DNA from: Octopus sinensis
Lineage: Eukaryota
Direction: 5' to 3'
Assembly (NCBI RefSeq): GCF_006345805.1
Contig: NC_043000.1
Location: 88,908,001 to 88,972,000, forward strand
Length of the DNA stretch: 64,000 nt
This document shows positions 12,451 through 25,324 of this stretch, one piece after another. The notes below the pieces were generated by a model, which saw only the letters and a program-made list of their open reading frames with translations, was not told where the DNA came from and did not search any database. Both the position numbers and the translations under genes were made by a program. Position 1 is the first letter of the stretch. Each line of letters begins with the position of its first letter.

Positions 12451-14698
12451 GGCATTTGTACAAACACAATGATCGATAGTGTATGTTTATATTTGTACGT
12501 ATGTGGGATTTTTATCCAATAAAAGAAATACACTGTCGTGTGTGGCGGTGGGGATATTAACTATAAGACGAATGTCTGTGGCTAGAAATAAAATTAAAAA
12601 ATATCTCCTATGATTTATGAATTCAAGGGATATGTAATAAAAATGAAATCTAAAGAAATCAAATATTGAAGAATATGAAAGAAAAAAAGACTAAATTTTA
12701 CCTGTTTGTAGTTCATTGGTATTTCCTCACTTTTAGCAACTTTGGAGAAAAATGCTAAATTAAGAAACATAGGCACTGTCGTTTTGATGAGAATTGGTAC
12801 AACCAGATTTTCCGTTGGTGGGAGTACTAAAAACATTATGATTATCATTAATAAGGAATGTTGTTGAGCAGGAGGAATTAATGGAGCTTATAACAAACGA
12901 GGAATTTTAAAAAAAACAGAAACTATAAACTGTATAAAAGAACAGTAAAATGAAACTGCAAGCTTTGGTGGGGGAGCTCGTAAGCCATTTCACTCTAATC
13001 ATTATGATTATTCCATTTTATAATGATTCTTCGCTATATGTACCCCATGTTTTGTATTGTTTGTCCCCCTCTATTTGGGGCCCTTGTGGCTAATAAAAAA
13101 TCACATCTATAAGGAATTTAGTTTGTAAAAGAAAAAAAGCAGCAGCAGAAGAAGTAAACTTCAGCAACAACAACAACAAAATCTGCAGTAACAAGGGGGA
13201 AAGTAAAGGAGAAAGTAGAGAAACTGAAGAGAAGAGGCCAAAGGACGAGAGGAAGAAGATACGATGGTGGTAGAAGGGAAGGAAAGAATGAAAAGAGGGT
13301 GAATAGATGGTGGTGAAAAAGCAGTGGGAGTGGAAAAGAAGAAGAGAGATGACAGAAACGTAAATATTGAAATGAATAGCAAAATACAAAGAACAAACGC
13401 ACGTATCAGAAGTGAGAGTTGAAAAATGTCGTACACACAAGTATTTGGGAATTTATGACATAATAAATAATTTTGATAAAAGTAAATCAATAGGAAAAAA
13501 ATCAATATGCTTCTTGTGTGTCATGTTCAATACTTATGACTTTTTTTACAAATACATAAAATAAAATATAACGAAAACTGCTCAATAACCTGTCACAAAG
13601 TAGCTTTATAAAATTAGGGGAGCAAAAATATATTAATAAATAACAAAGCTGCTCTCCCTTGAAAAAAGTTTACAGGGTCGGTCTTCTGTCACCTATGAAA
13701 TATTTCAATGTATTAAGCATAAAAAGTCGATAGTTCCCCTTTCTATCTAAATTTTTTCACGTTTTATGGCTGATGTATGGTTCTTAGTGAAATATCTAAA
13801 CATATGTCATGCACTGTGAGAAAATAGGTTGTTGTTTTTTTTATTTTTTCATCCTTCAGTAATGAACTTTAAATTTTTTTTTTTTTTCAAAAATGAATAT
13901 TTGTGCTGAAAAGAAATCATATCAGTAATATTATTGTAAATGGTAATGGTTTATAGCGATGGCCTCTAAAAGGATTCTTATCTACATTAACAGTTGCGTG
14001 ATTGTAACTTATTACTATTTCATCACTAATAAAACTGAATTTGATTTTGGAATGAAAACTTTACGGGGAAACTAGAAACAGACAAGTCTAAAATCTCGTT
14101 TTTCCCTTCTCTCTCTCTCTCTCTCTCTTTCTTTCTTTCACTTTCTGTTTATCTAGCTATACATGCATATATACAAACATACATACAGATATGTATGTAT
14201 GTATGTAGGTACGTACGTATCTATATGCTTCTTCATGGGAGCTACGTCTACAACAAAATTAGTGTAGAGCTCACGACTTCAAAAAACGTATAGTATTTTA
14301 TATGAATTTATTTATTTTCTAATTCTTTGTTGTAAAAGCACATATATGCCCGCACACAATTACACACACCCAACCACACACACACACACATATACACATA
14401 TACATGTACACGCGCTCGCTCACAATCAGAAATATTTCATTTCCCATGTGGAATATGATGGATTTGCAAATGTCTAAATTATAAACAAGATATAAGTACA
14501 TTAGAAAACATCATTAACAAAATGCCATATTTTTTGTTGTATGTGTTTTATATATCTTATACTAAAAACGTTAAAATATAAGATGTTCTGAGAGCAAAGA
14601 GATTGATTTGTTCCTTTTGTATGTTCCCCAAATTCATTTTTTAGAATAACCAGCAACCGAAAATTCAGATTTATGATTCAAGATTCACCGTACAGCTA

Positions 14699-15490
14699 CA
14701 GTGTGCGTCAGTTTTTTTTTGTTTGGTTTTTTTTTTTGTTTTTTAGGTGATTTGTATGAATTTAGAAAAAGATGTATAGATCATCAAAGAAAGGCTATAT
14801 TTGAAAGCAAACTAGTACTAATTATCTTGAGAATCCTTTTATCACATCTATTCAATGAAGCTACCGTTAGCATCATTGGCTGCTTTGAATACTAGTCGGA
14901 AGCATTGACATGCCCGAATCAGATGACCTTTATCAATTTTGGACACATTACTGGTTATAGTGGACTTGAGAGGTCGTACAGTGCTAAGGGAGTGTTGATT
15001 GACCTCCCCCTTGACTACTGCCCAAACGTAGCACTCCAGTATATTGAAATCTGGTTAGGTAGGAGGCCATGTGCTGGGAGAACATGATCGTGAAGATTGG
15101 CATGCAGCCATGCTTGGGTTCTCCCAGCCTTATGAGACGGCGCGGAGTCTTCTTGGAAGACGTTCGGTCTTCCATTGCGTACTCTGTCTATTCAGAGCGT
15201 CACAACTTTCTCCAACACTTCTTTGTAAGATAGTGGCATTGACTCTTAAGCCCAATGAAAAAAGTGAGGAGGCATGACATCTCCCTCGTTGCCGACAGCT
15301 CTCAGGACCATTATAGTTGTTTGCATGACCGTTGAAGCTTCGTTGTACACAACCATCTGTTGTTCCTTCGGGTTACCTTTTGGTCCTTGTCAAAGTTTTT
15401 CTCTACGGAGAAAAACCAAAGCATTCTTAAACATAGCTCATTTATATACATCTCGTCAGTCCTTTACTACATTACTGACAGTTTAATCAA
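14699..15490 (-). mobile_element. Tc1/mariner (maT/DD37D-like) transposase relic with one terminus
   Basis: Minus translation FFSVEKNFD...RNNRWL, VLRAVGNEGDVMPPHFF, VFQEDSAPSHKA, WPPT*PDFNILECYVWAVV; terminus TA|CAGTGTGCGTCA at 14697. Confidence 0.85.
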
Positions 15491-15633
15491 TTTCAAACTG
15501 TATTGTTTTCACAGGATTTCGGCCTAGCATTCGACGTGTTGGTGTCAGTTGCTGATGGTGTGAAACTAAGTCGAAATCACGTGATTCAGTAGTCTTATTA
15601 ATGCTGCCGACATTCGTCTGTCGATATAATACA

Positions 15634-15845
15634 CGCTTAAGGCGCCGAGCTGGCAGAAACGTAAGCACGCCGGGCACAATGCTTAGCGGTATTTCGTCTG
15701 TCTTTACGTTCTGAGTTTAAATTCCGGCGAGGTCGAGTTTGCCTTTCATCCTTTCTGGATCGATAAACTAAGTACCAATTGCGTACTGGGTCGATCTAAT
15801 TGACTGGCCCCCTCCCCGGGCCTTCTGCCTAGAGTGGAAAAGGAC
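15634..15845 (+). mobile_element. SINE family A monomer
   Basis: aaggcgccgagctggcagaaacgtaagcacgccggg...ccttctgcctagagtggaaa. Confidence 0.9.
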
Positions 15846-15889
15846 ATAATATACGCTTATTATAATTATATGCTTATTATTATTATCAT

Positions 15890-16475
15890 CATTTTCAGAT
15901 TGAATTAGATTCTATTTCACCTTTTGACTGAGTTTCAACCGGAGACCTAAAGCATGTATATCTTAGATAGAAAGAAACTACCTGAGAATGTGGGCGGTTG
16001 ATGTCAACACATTTTTTTTAATCTCATAGATTGTTGGTTTCCCAAGGATCTGGTCAAAATCTTTGTCACTATCTTTCTTGATCATTCCCAGGGAACAAGG
16101 GTGATTTTGGCTTTTAACAGCTACGTCCGAGATATCTCAATCTCAATATCTTTATATTTCGACAGTTTTTCAAATTCTTTTGTTCCATGTCAATTAATAA
16201 GCTTTTTTTTTTTTGTTTTACGTCTTTGACGACGATGTCTGGTCTGTTAGCATTTATTTGCCTGTTTGTTTGTATCCCATAATCCCATAGGCTGGTAAAA
16301 TTCTTCCCCTCAATGACTAGCTCTTAATAGTATTCATGCCAGCTCTTAGGATACGGAATAACATAGTAAGGGCATATTATCCAGTGCAAGTATTGGCCAA
16401 CACGATCATGCCTAGTTTTATATTCTGTAGGGGCAAGGAGCGAGCAACCGGTAACAATGTGGTCAATACTCTCCA
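15890..16475 (-). mobile_element. R4/Dong-clade non-LTR 3' fragment
   Basis: DHIVTGCSLLAPTEYKTRHDRVGQYLHW...NANRPDIVV...KLSKYKDIEIEI (zinc knuckle and restriction-like endonuclease motifs); ends in an AAT-rich tract. Confidence 0.85.
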
Positions 16476-16499
16476 GTTTGTCGTGTTTACTTTATCATT

Positions 16500-18670
16500 A
16501 TTATTTTTTACTTTTAATATGCGTGTTTGTTACTATCACTTGCCGAGACACACCCAGCGTCCTGAGAAGAGTGACGGATAAGAGATATTACAGCTTGACT
16601 GAAATTTTGAGGAGGGGAAATGACAAGGGCAGTATCGAAATATCTTTATGTAATACAACACAGACATTTAAATGGATAGGGCGTTTCTAAGGATGAGGGC
16701 GGTAATTGTCAGCACAATATTTTAGATTTCTCTGAGACATGGTTCTCCTGGGATATTATCTAGATGTTTCTGACATCTCTTTTTTATCATGCTTATGACA
16801 CCTACAATAACAGGAACAGTTCTCACTTTAAGATACTACTCTTTTATTACAATTTCCAGATCCTTATATTTACTTAATTTGTCAAATTCCTTTATAGATA
16901 TATTTTTATCAGTGGGAATATTTATATCTATTAGTCTACAAGTGTTTTCTTCCCTGCCTTTAATAATTAAGTCTGGTTGATTAGCCTGTTTCGTTCTGTT
17001 AGAGCTCATTGGAAAATCCCAGAAGATAGTGACATTATTACTTTCAACGACTGATGTTCATACCAGTAAGCAGGAGTGCTGACTTTGCAGTGGTTGCATA
17101 TTTTCCAATGTAAATACTGTCCTACCTTATCGTGGTGATTTTTGCGTTCATTTGGTGTCAGTACAGGACATCCCGAGACGAGATGCTCTATTGTTTCATC
17201 AAATGTGTCGCAGAATCTGCATTTAGTGTGAGAACCGTTTTGAAGAACGTTAGCCTGGTAGTGTTTTCTAAGCAAGCTTTGAGCTCTTGCTGCCATTATG
17301 AAATCTTCAGACTCTGCTTTCTGTCCTGCACTTTTCAGTCATAGATGGGTTGTTGCTGGGTACATCAGTATTTTGACTTCGAAGTATATACTGTCCATGT
17401 TAAGGCTTCTGGCTCCAACGCTCCTCAGTTTGTTTCTGCCCGTTCCTTTTTGCAATCTGCTTGACCCGTTTTACTTGTTTTGTGATAGTAGTTTCAGGTT
17501 CATCATCTATTTCAGGGTTAATGCAAAGTTTCCTTGCGAATTTGCAAGCTTCCTTGACAATAGAATGTGATTTTTTGCTGCTTTCGTATTTGCACACAAG
17601 CCGTGCGTCCAGTCCTTTGTACTAGATAAGTACCTGTTCATTGCTATTGTGGAGGTTTTTTAGCACAGTTTTACCTGCATCATTCCTCTTCCTCCATTAA
17701 TTCTAGGTAGGTACAGACGATCAACGTCTGCTTTTGGGTAGTGCATGTTCTTAGATGTTAATACTTTGCTTGTCTTCCTGTCCAGGTGCTGGAAATCTTG
17801 AAGATTCCAGTTAATGATGTTAAAACTATATTGGAGTACTGGAAGTGCCAGTGTGTTAATAGCTTCGATGCAATTTTACGAGTTGAGTTCAGTTTTTAGC
17901 ATGAGTCTTACTATCCTGTAATACCCTTGTCATATTTTTTCCTTCATAGTAGCATGTTGTATACCATCTCCTTCGTTTATCCCCAGGTATTTGTAATTTT
18001 CTTGTGGGTCAAGCCCCTTGATGGTTGAGTCGGTATCTAATTTAAGGGAAGCTGTTTTCTTGAGCTTGCCTCTTATAAAAGTTGGTTTAGCACACTTATC
18101 AAGGCCAAAATCCATTCCGATATCATTGCTGAACTCTTTAACAGTACTAGCTCTTCGTACTTTCTAGCATACAGCTTCAGTTCTTCTATTGAAAACAGAT
18201 GATTTATTGTCGTATTATAAACTTTGAACTCATACCTGGTGTTATTCGGTTCGTTTGAGAGTGGAATCAGTGCCATGCAAAAGAGTAACAGGTAGAGGGA
18301 GTCACCTTGAAAGATGCCTCATTTGATGTTGATGTTGTTAGATTGGTTTAGAAGGAGAAGCGTGTTCCACTTGGCCATGCTTCCTTTTAAGAATTTGGAG
18401 AGATCTTATATATTTCAAGGGCCTTGATATGTGACACTATCATGACGCTTTCCTGTAGTCTATCCATGCCATACTCAAGTTCTTTTTGCTCCGGCACTAC
18501 TCTACAATCATTTTACTTATGAGTAATTGATCTTTGCACCCATATGAATTCTTTTTACACCTTTTGAGCTAGAGGATGGAGAGACTTGCGTTCAAGGAAG
18601 ACGTATATTCTGTCAGTTAATATGGATATGAGGATCTTGTAGGCGGTGTTGAGACATGTTATTGGTCGGT
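16500..18670 (-). mobile_element. R4/Dong-clade non-LTR element, 5'-truncated and decayed
   Basis: MDFGLDKCAK...YKYLGINE, AAQAQS-like AARAQSL, CRFCDTFDETIEHLVSGCPVL...HDKVGQYLHW; AAT/AAC tracts at both ends. Confidence 0.9.
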
Positions 18671-18819
18671 AGTTCATTGGATTTTTTGTCTTCATTTCTT
18701 AGTAGAAGGTATGTCTTCATTTTTTGGTAGAAGATATTATTATTATTATTGTTGTTGTTGTTGCTGCTGTTGTTGTTTTCATCATCATATTTCACCATCA
18801 TCATCATCATCATCATCAT

Positions 18820-19310
18820 TTTAACTCAGGTTTCGTTGGAACTCCTGGAATCATGGATGAGTAGCTATTTGTTCTCTTCAACTATCTAATATTTTCCTGA
18901 CGATTCCGGCCATACCATGGATGCAAACTTTTTGCAACAGCTTTACTGGGTACTCTATTTCCATTTCCTTCAAAATTCCTCTCGGTACTCTTTGATATTG
19001 TTCTCAAGATCGAAACAATAATCGGCACTATCTTCACCGTTTTCATCTTCCACAGTCGGGTTATGTCGTATTAAGAGGATTATAAACGTCTATTCTTTTC
19101 GCCTTCCTTCTTAACGATTCGCGAGTCAAATGAGCATGCGACATCAACAATAGGGCACATGATTTTACCTTGTCTACCACCACTAGCTCCGGATGGTTGT
19201 GCCCAAGCACTGGCCCGTTTGGATTGGGAAATTCCACAGGATTTTGCAGGCATCTGACTCAGGCATTCTCTGTGGTACCATGTTTTGCCACACTCTAATC
19301 AACTTTTCAT
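18820..19310 (-). mobile_element. R4/Dong-clade 3' fragment (different subfamily)
   Basis: IVDVACSFDSRIVKKEGEK...ITRLWKMKTVKIVPIIV; bordered by (CAT)n and (TTG)n tracts. Confidence 0.7.
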
Positions 19311-19384
19311 ACAGCTACCATTGCAGCACTTTGTTGCTGTTGCTGCTGTTTTTGTTATTCTTGTTGTTGCTGTGTTGTTGTTAT

Positions 19385-19545
19385 TAAGGCGGCGAGCTGG
19401 CTAATCGTTAGCGTTAGAGTTCAAATTCCGCTGAGGTCAACTTTATCTTTCATCTTTTCGGGGTCGATAAATTAAATACCAGTTGAACACTGGAGATCAA
19501 TGCAATCTACTCATCCCCTCCCTTAAAATTTCTGCCCTTGTTGCA
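19385..19545 (+). mobile_element. SINE family A, internally deleted
   Basis: aaggcggcgagctggctaatcgttagcgttagagttcaaattccgctgaggtc. Confidence 0.85.
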
Positions 19546-19557
19546 ATATTTAAACTC

Positions 19558-19609
19558 TTTATTATTATTATTATTATTATTCTTATTATTATTATTATTA
19601 TTATATTAC

Positions 19610-19651
<42 letters not shown>

Positions 19652-19674
19652 CATCATCATCATCATCATCATCA

Positions 19675-19732
<58 letters not shown>

Positions 19733-19755
19733 TATTATTATTATTATTATTAATA
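19558..19755. repeat. (ATT)n-(CAT)n-(ATT)n microsatellite
   Basis: Direct reading. Confidence 0.95.
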
Positions 19756-20211
19756 TCATTTTTATTATCATACAAATTACACAAAATTCATTGTAAAATT
19801 GACTTATCCAGGGTGTCCTGGCTGGAATATTAATTTATATCGCCATTTATCAAGCTAATAATAACAAAGCTGTTTAGAAATGTGTTCGATGAAATCGAGG
19901 TTCGAATGAGCACATGCATTTAGAAAAAAAGACAAAGAGAAATCAAGGGGAGATAACAAACTGCACAGGAAACAACCAGTGTTTTACGAATACCAAAAAT
20001 TACATAAACCAGCACTGGAATAGGTTGTATCCGGTAGTTTAACCTTAATTCCCGCTAAGATGTATTTTTTAAAAATCGGACATGAAGAAAAAAAGAGGCT
20101 GCTGGTATTTATATAGCCCTGTATATTCTTAAGTTTTTTTAAAGTGATAAAGTATTTCAAGCGGACGTACGGATCATCTTTTTGACCCGGTAACATAAGG
20201 TTTTGCCTTAG

Positions 20212-20393
20212 AAAGACGACTTACGCATCGCATATATCATTTCCAGCATCTAGTAGAAAGACTACGTCGTTATCTAAGTATACCTGGATCTGAAAGACTA
20301 ACACAGAAAAATCACCAAACTGGTCACTCACTGAAGACACATCCTAAATCTCTAACTGTTCCAAGATATGTAAATTTGACTACCAGAAAATAA
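20212..20393 (+). CDS. Candidate exon (ERRLTHRIYHFQHLVERLRRYLSIPGSERLTQKNHQTGHSLKTHPKSLTVPRYVNLTTRK*)
   Basis: Unique sequence after ttttgccttAG; one frame open to TAA 20391-20393; AATAAA near 20511; no recognised homology. Confidence 0.25.
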
Positions 20394-21094
20394 TCAACGT
20401 CATACCAAATCACTTTGTGTTGGTATCTACAGTCTAAACTAGCTTAAATGTTTAAAAGTATCTTGAGCATCAAATACCATTTGATGACATTTCTATTTGC
20501 AGAGAGATTGAATAAATGAATCTATATTCATTAATAATTTAATCTATATTGCAAACAAAACCACTTTAATAAGCGTTTTATGAATATTTCATAAAAACAT
20601 TTTCCAAAACGATGTGATAAAAACTGTCATAAAACCTTTGAATATTATCTCCCTCATGTTCATGATGAAAATATGTTTCCACTGTTAGCATTTGATAGTC
20701 ATTATTTTCATTATATAGCAGCAGTCATTCATTAAGAAACTTTATAGTCCACATGAGGAAATTCGTCATTAAATATTTTTACTTCATATTTCATTAGACA
20801 TCTATGATATGATGGTAGTCTTTCGTAGTCCGAGAAAATCGGTTCTGCAAATTCTTGCAAAATAACCTGTATAAATGTTTACATATATATAGAGAGAGAG
20901 AAAGAGAGAGGTCGATCAAATGTTTGTGCTGTACGGTAGATCACACCCACCATCATATTGACATTGTCTGTACGGGTGCACAGTGTACTAAAAGTCAATT
21001 CCCGAAGTGATCGTAAAACAATGTGAGTTGGAGTGTTTTAATCAAGAAAACCACATACACCGGGATCTAAATGTACATTTATCAAAAGATCAAA

Positions 21095-21250
21095 GGTTCT
21101 TCCCGAGTCATAAGCTCATGAGAGTAATTTCCCTGATTCTATGGTGTATATAATCTCCACCTTGACGAGACGCTGGCCCGTCGCAGGTTTACTTATTTTT
21201 GCCATCTGAGTCGACAGGAGCAACAGGAGATGAGGTGTTTTGTTAAAAGA
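21095..21250 (-). mobile_element. Decayed SINE family C
   Basis: ttttgccatctgagtcgacaggagcaacaggagatgaggtgttttg matches 10365-10420. Confidence 0.65.
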
Positions 21251-21267
21251 ACATTATACTTTTATTC

Positions 21268-21476
21268 TTTTATTCTTTTATTTGTTTTCGTCATTTAACT
21301 TCGGCCATGCTAGAGCACCGCCTTTAGTCGAGCAATTCGACCCCAGGACTTATTCTTTGTAAGCCTAGTACTTATTCCATCGTTCTCTCTTGCCGAACCG
21401 CTAAGTGATGGGGACGTAAACACACCACCATCGGTTGTAAAGCGATGTTGGGGAGGAGACAAACAGACATACAAAC

Positions 21477-21531
<55 letters not shown>

Positions 21532-21712
21532 GGTGTGTGTGGATGTGTATATACGACGGGCTTCTTTAAGTTCTCGTCTACCAAATCCACTCACAAGGCT
21601 TTGGTCGGCCCGAGCCTATAGTAGAAGACACTTGCCCAAGGTGCCACGCAGTAGGATGAACCCGGAACCATGTGGTTGGTAAGCAAGCTACTTACCACAC
21701 AGCCACTCTTAC
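21268..21712 (-). mobile_element. SINE family B, full length with internal (TA)/(TG) tract
   Basis: tRNA-like head gagtggctgtgtggtaagtagcttgc...ccgggttcatcc and CORE-like segment. Confidence 0.92.
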
Positions 21713-22089
21713 GCAACATTCAGTTCAGAAATCGAAACCACAATCTTACGATCGTGAGAGCAACAATGGAATCGGTAAGCGACGCGCATGGGCACACACA
21801 CACACACACAAATTAATACACTATTTTATTCTTTTCATTCTTCTATTGCTGTATTGCAACATACCTTTTTCCTTTTCAATTATTTATGTTCCATTAACTT
21901 AGTGGTATATATTACATATCAATTTCAAACATTAAAAAATCTCTGTCATTTGTTGCTGATTATTTTTATATATTTCACATTACATCGCACGTTATATTAC
22001 ATATTTCATTTCAATATCAATAAATATATAATAAACATATAAGCTAATGTATTATCTGTGTAGATCAATTTTTTTTGAATTCGCCTTCG

Positions 22090-22400
22090 TCGGTGTTCCT
22101 AGTGATTCGATCAACGGAAGAGCCTGCTCCTGAAATTAACCTACAAATGGCTGAGCATTCCATAAACGCACGTATCTTTAACGTAGTTCTCAAGAAGAAT
22201 CATTATAAAACACTGAATGTGACAAAGCTGGCCCATTGAAATAGAGGTGCAACTCATTTTTGCCAGCCTATTGGACTGAGAAAACGTAAGATACAGTGTC
22301 TTACTCACAGACACAACACGTCGCGGGCAACCGAACTCATGTCTTCACGATCGTGAGCCGAATGCACTTAGCTATACACCTTCACTCACTCATTCACAAA
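22090..22400 (-). mobile_element. SINE family C
   Basis: Minus head gctaagtgcattcggctcacgatcgtgaagacatgagttcggttgccc; body matches 51617-51870. Confidence 0.8.
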
Positions 22401-22560
22401 AGACAGACAGGTGGTGTAGACAACAAACAGATGTATTAGTATAACACACGGGAAGTGAAAAAGTCTTTAACGTTTCGAGCCTACGCTCTTCCACAGAAAG
22501 GAACACAGAAAGAAACAAGGAGAGAAAATAAAGAATGTGTAGTGGCTAGCGATCTATCAT
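22400..22560 (-). mobile_element. Penelope-like element 3' end
   Basis: Same family as 52210-52450; contains a minimal hammerhead-like motif. Confidence 0.6.
22465..22500 (-). ncRNA. Ultra-minimal type I hammerhead-like motif (core variant CUGUGGA)
   Basis: cttt-CTGTGGAA-gagc gtag gctc-GAAACGTT-aaag: stem I 4 bp, stem II 4 bp, self-complementary ACGU stem III. Confidence 0.55.
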
Positions 22561-22831
22561 GGCGAATGCCGGACACACAGGAGAATTAGGGAGAAGGGGA
22601 GATAATAAAGTAAAGATCCCAAAACGAAGGTGCGCGTGCGTGTGTATAAGAGAGTTTGTATGTGCGTGTGGAAGAGGGCTGGTGATCTTGGCGTGTGCGT
22701 GTGTGCATGTGTAGGTGTGAAAATGTAGGTCTGGGAAGTGGTCAGTACTGATGTGTGCGTGGTGGTGTGTTGTATATATATATATAAACGAAAGACCAGT
22801 TGAAATATATTTGATATGCATTTGAACCAAT

Positions 22832-23225
22832 AAGGCGGTGAGCTGGCAGAATCGTTAGCACGCCGGACGAAATGCTTAGCGGTATTTTGTCTGCCGCTAC
22901 GTTCTAAGTTCAAATTCCGCGGAGGTCGTCTTTGCCTTTCATCCTTTCGGGGTCGATTAAATAAGTACCAGTTACTGGGGTCGATATAATCGAATTAATC
23001 CGTTTCTCTCTCCTTGTTTTTCCTCTCTGTGTTTAGCCCCTTGTGGGTAGTAAAGAAATAAGTATTTCGTCTGTCTTTACGTCCTGAGTTCAAATTCTGC
23101 CGAGGTTGACTTTGCCTTTCATCCTTTCGGGGTCGATAAATTAAGTATCAGTTGAGTACTAGGATCGATCTAATCAACTGGCCCCTCCCTGAAAATTTCG
23201 GGCCTTGCGTCTAGAGTAGAAAAGT
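22832..23225 (+). mobile_element. SINE family A, dimeric form
   Basis: aaggcggtgagctggcagaatcgttagcacgccgg... with a second unit from about 23060. Confidence 0.92.
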
Positions 23226-23332
23226 ATATATTTGAACATATAAAATCTTTTCATTGTATGTTCAAATACCTCTCCAGTATATTTGAACTGGTCTAAAGTT
23301 CATATACTTTCAGTCACTCCTTCGTTCATCTA

Positions 23333-23364
<32 letters not shown>

Positions 23365-25023
23365 ATATACAAGTCTTATTCATCAATTCCTATTCCTTTC
23401 GCTTAAATATATAATTTTCTCTTTTCTAGCAATAGGAATCTTTCCTTTTACGACTTTCTTTTCATTTTCGGAACAGACTCTTCTCACAGTTCTCACATCT
23501 CTCTTTTTCAGTCAGCTCATAACTAATTAGTATGAATTCATTTCTCAATTCCATTAATATTTCATTCAATTTTCAAAACGGATTGTTCTACTATACATCA
23601 ATTTCCTTTTCAGGTTCCTTTCTTTGATTTCTGTACGATAAATCAGACCCTTCTAACAATGTTCGCTTTTCTATTTTGATTCATCATTCCTCTCCTATGA
23701 CATCTATTCTAATTAATAAGACATTCGTTTCCACTTCAATTAAAACTTCTTTCAGTTTTCAAAGCTCACCCATATCAATAATAACAAAATTCCTATTCAG
23801 ATACCCTTATATAATTTCTGTACCAAGTTCAATAAATATTTGTGTGTTTCGTTCTTTGATTTTTCTATGAGTTTCAATTAGTATTTCTTTCTTTGGTACT
23901 AATATTTCATGGCTTTGTGTTTGTCGATGACGTGTGTCTTATCGCAAGACAAATTACTGCACATCATTATCATGTATGTCGATAACAAAAGCCGGCCCTT
24001 CCTCGTTGCACATAGTATTCACTACATCGAACTTCAGCATTGGCCCAATGTTCCATTGATAATTTTCCAATAGACGCAGTAACAAGCACGATTTGCAAAC
24101 ATCAATAACCCAGTGCTACACTGACACAGTCTGGTACTTCTTCCATCCATGTGGACTTTTTTATACTGAAGCCTAGCATCAAATCTTCAGTTCATTCGTA
24201 ACTGACACCAACTTCAATCAAGGAATGTACAGCATTCAGCGTCTGATGAACATCGGTTGTTCACCAATCGATGGCTTCGTTCGAATAGTCAATTTCATTC
24301 AACGTTTACGCTAGATTTCAGTTGCAGTTTCATTTATGATTCACCGACCAACTTCATATCAGTATTAAATAAAACAACATTGCAAGGTTCCCACATGCCA
24401 AAAGTTTTTACAGAGTTTCTTCTGTTGAAAACGAATCGTTCTTCATTTGGCAGATATATCATACACAATGAAATTTTAAGCATAGCTAATTAAATCTATT
24501 TTATGGAACACTACTGTTACATCTTCCAGACAGCAGCATTTTTCACATAATCTGTTAAGTCTTCGAAACAGCAGCATTTTTCACGTAGCTAACTTCGTCC
24601 ATTCAAGCGTAGCTCAAATCTTTTCTTCTTTTTACACATCCAGTTTCGTTAAAAAGATTGACATACACTATCTGTATCATGAGCCGCAGCTACGAACATT
24701 GAAAATTCTCCGCTGTCTGTGGTGTTTTGTATAAAGCAAAATCATTTATAATAAAATTCCTATTTAGTCAATGAAGGCTTAATTCTATGTCACAGATAAG
24801 AAAATACCACATTTGCAATACTGTGTGCTACGTTGCTCGTTTGATGAGGGTATCGTCACTTCGTTGCAGGACGGTATCAAAATCCGTGCTCGTTGATATT
24901 TTCCCCTTGCCTATATGTATACATACAATACCGCTTCAATGTTGAACTTCCTTGAATGATATGCATGGTTACTGTAACCAACAATTAATTAACCGAAACA
25001 GCTGGTAAAGATAAGACTTGATC

Positions 25024-25071
<48 letters not shown>

Positions 25072-25289
25072 TTAAGGCATATTACTCTACCACTGGTATT
25101 TGAGTACTCTTTTTTTCCACCTTGTTTCACATTTATGTGTTTACTCCGGTATATATATATATATATACATATATGTATATATATTTATATATATACATAT
25201 ATATATATATATTTATATATATACCTATATATACATATAAATACATATAAATATATACATATATATATACACACATATGTATATATTCA

Positions 25290-25321
<32 letters not shown>

Positions 25322-25324
25322 GTT

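Noticed and set aside
12560-13000. Possible very old RT fragment
   Set aside because: No catalytic motif could be read
13090-13505. Overlapping ORFs of 94-116 aa
   Set aside because: Purine-rich low-complexity DNA with no motifs
14645-14830. Strong-looking acceptor (ttttttag|GTGATTTG) with an open frame
   Set aside because: It lies in the terminal region of the maT-like transposon that starts at TA|CAG 14699; the T run belongs to the element
20060-20200. piggyBac-like TTAACCTT ends
   Set aside because: The ends do not form a convincing TIR pair and only one TTAA is clear
23400-23890. Minus-strand E/I/K-rich reading that looks like a coiled-coil repeat
   Set aside because: Several stops, irregular spacing, and it can be explained by purine-rich composition
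24235-24295. CTGATGA followed by a hairpin
   Set aside because: GAAT instead of GAAA and no stem I partner, so not a hammerhead
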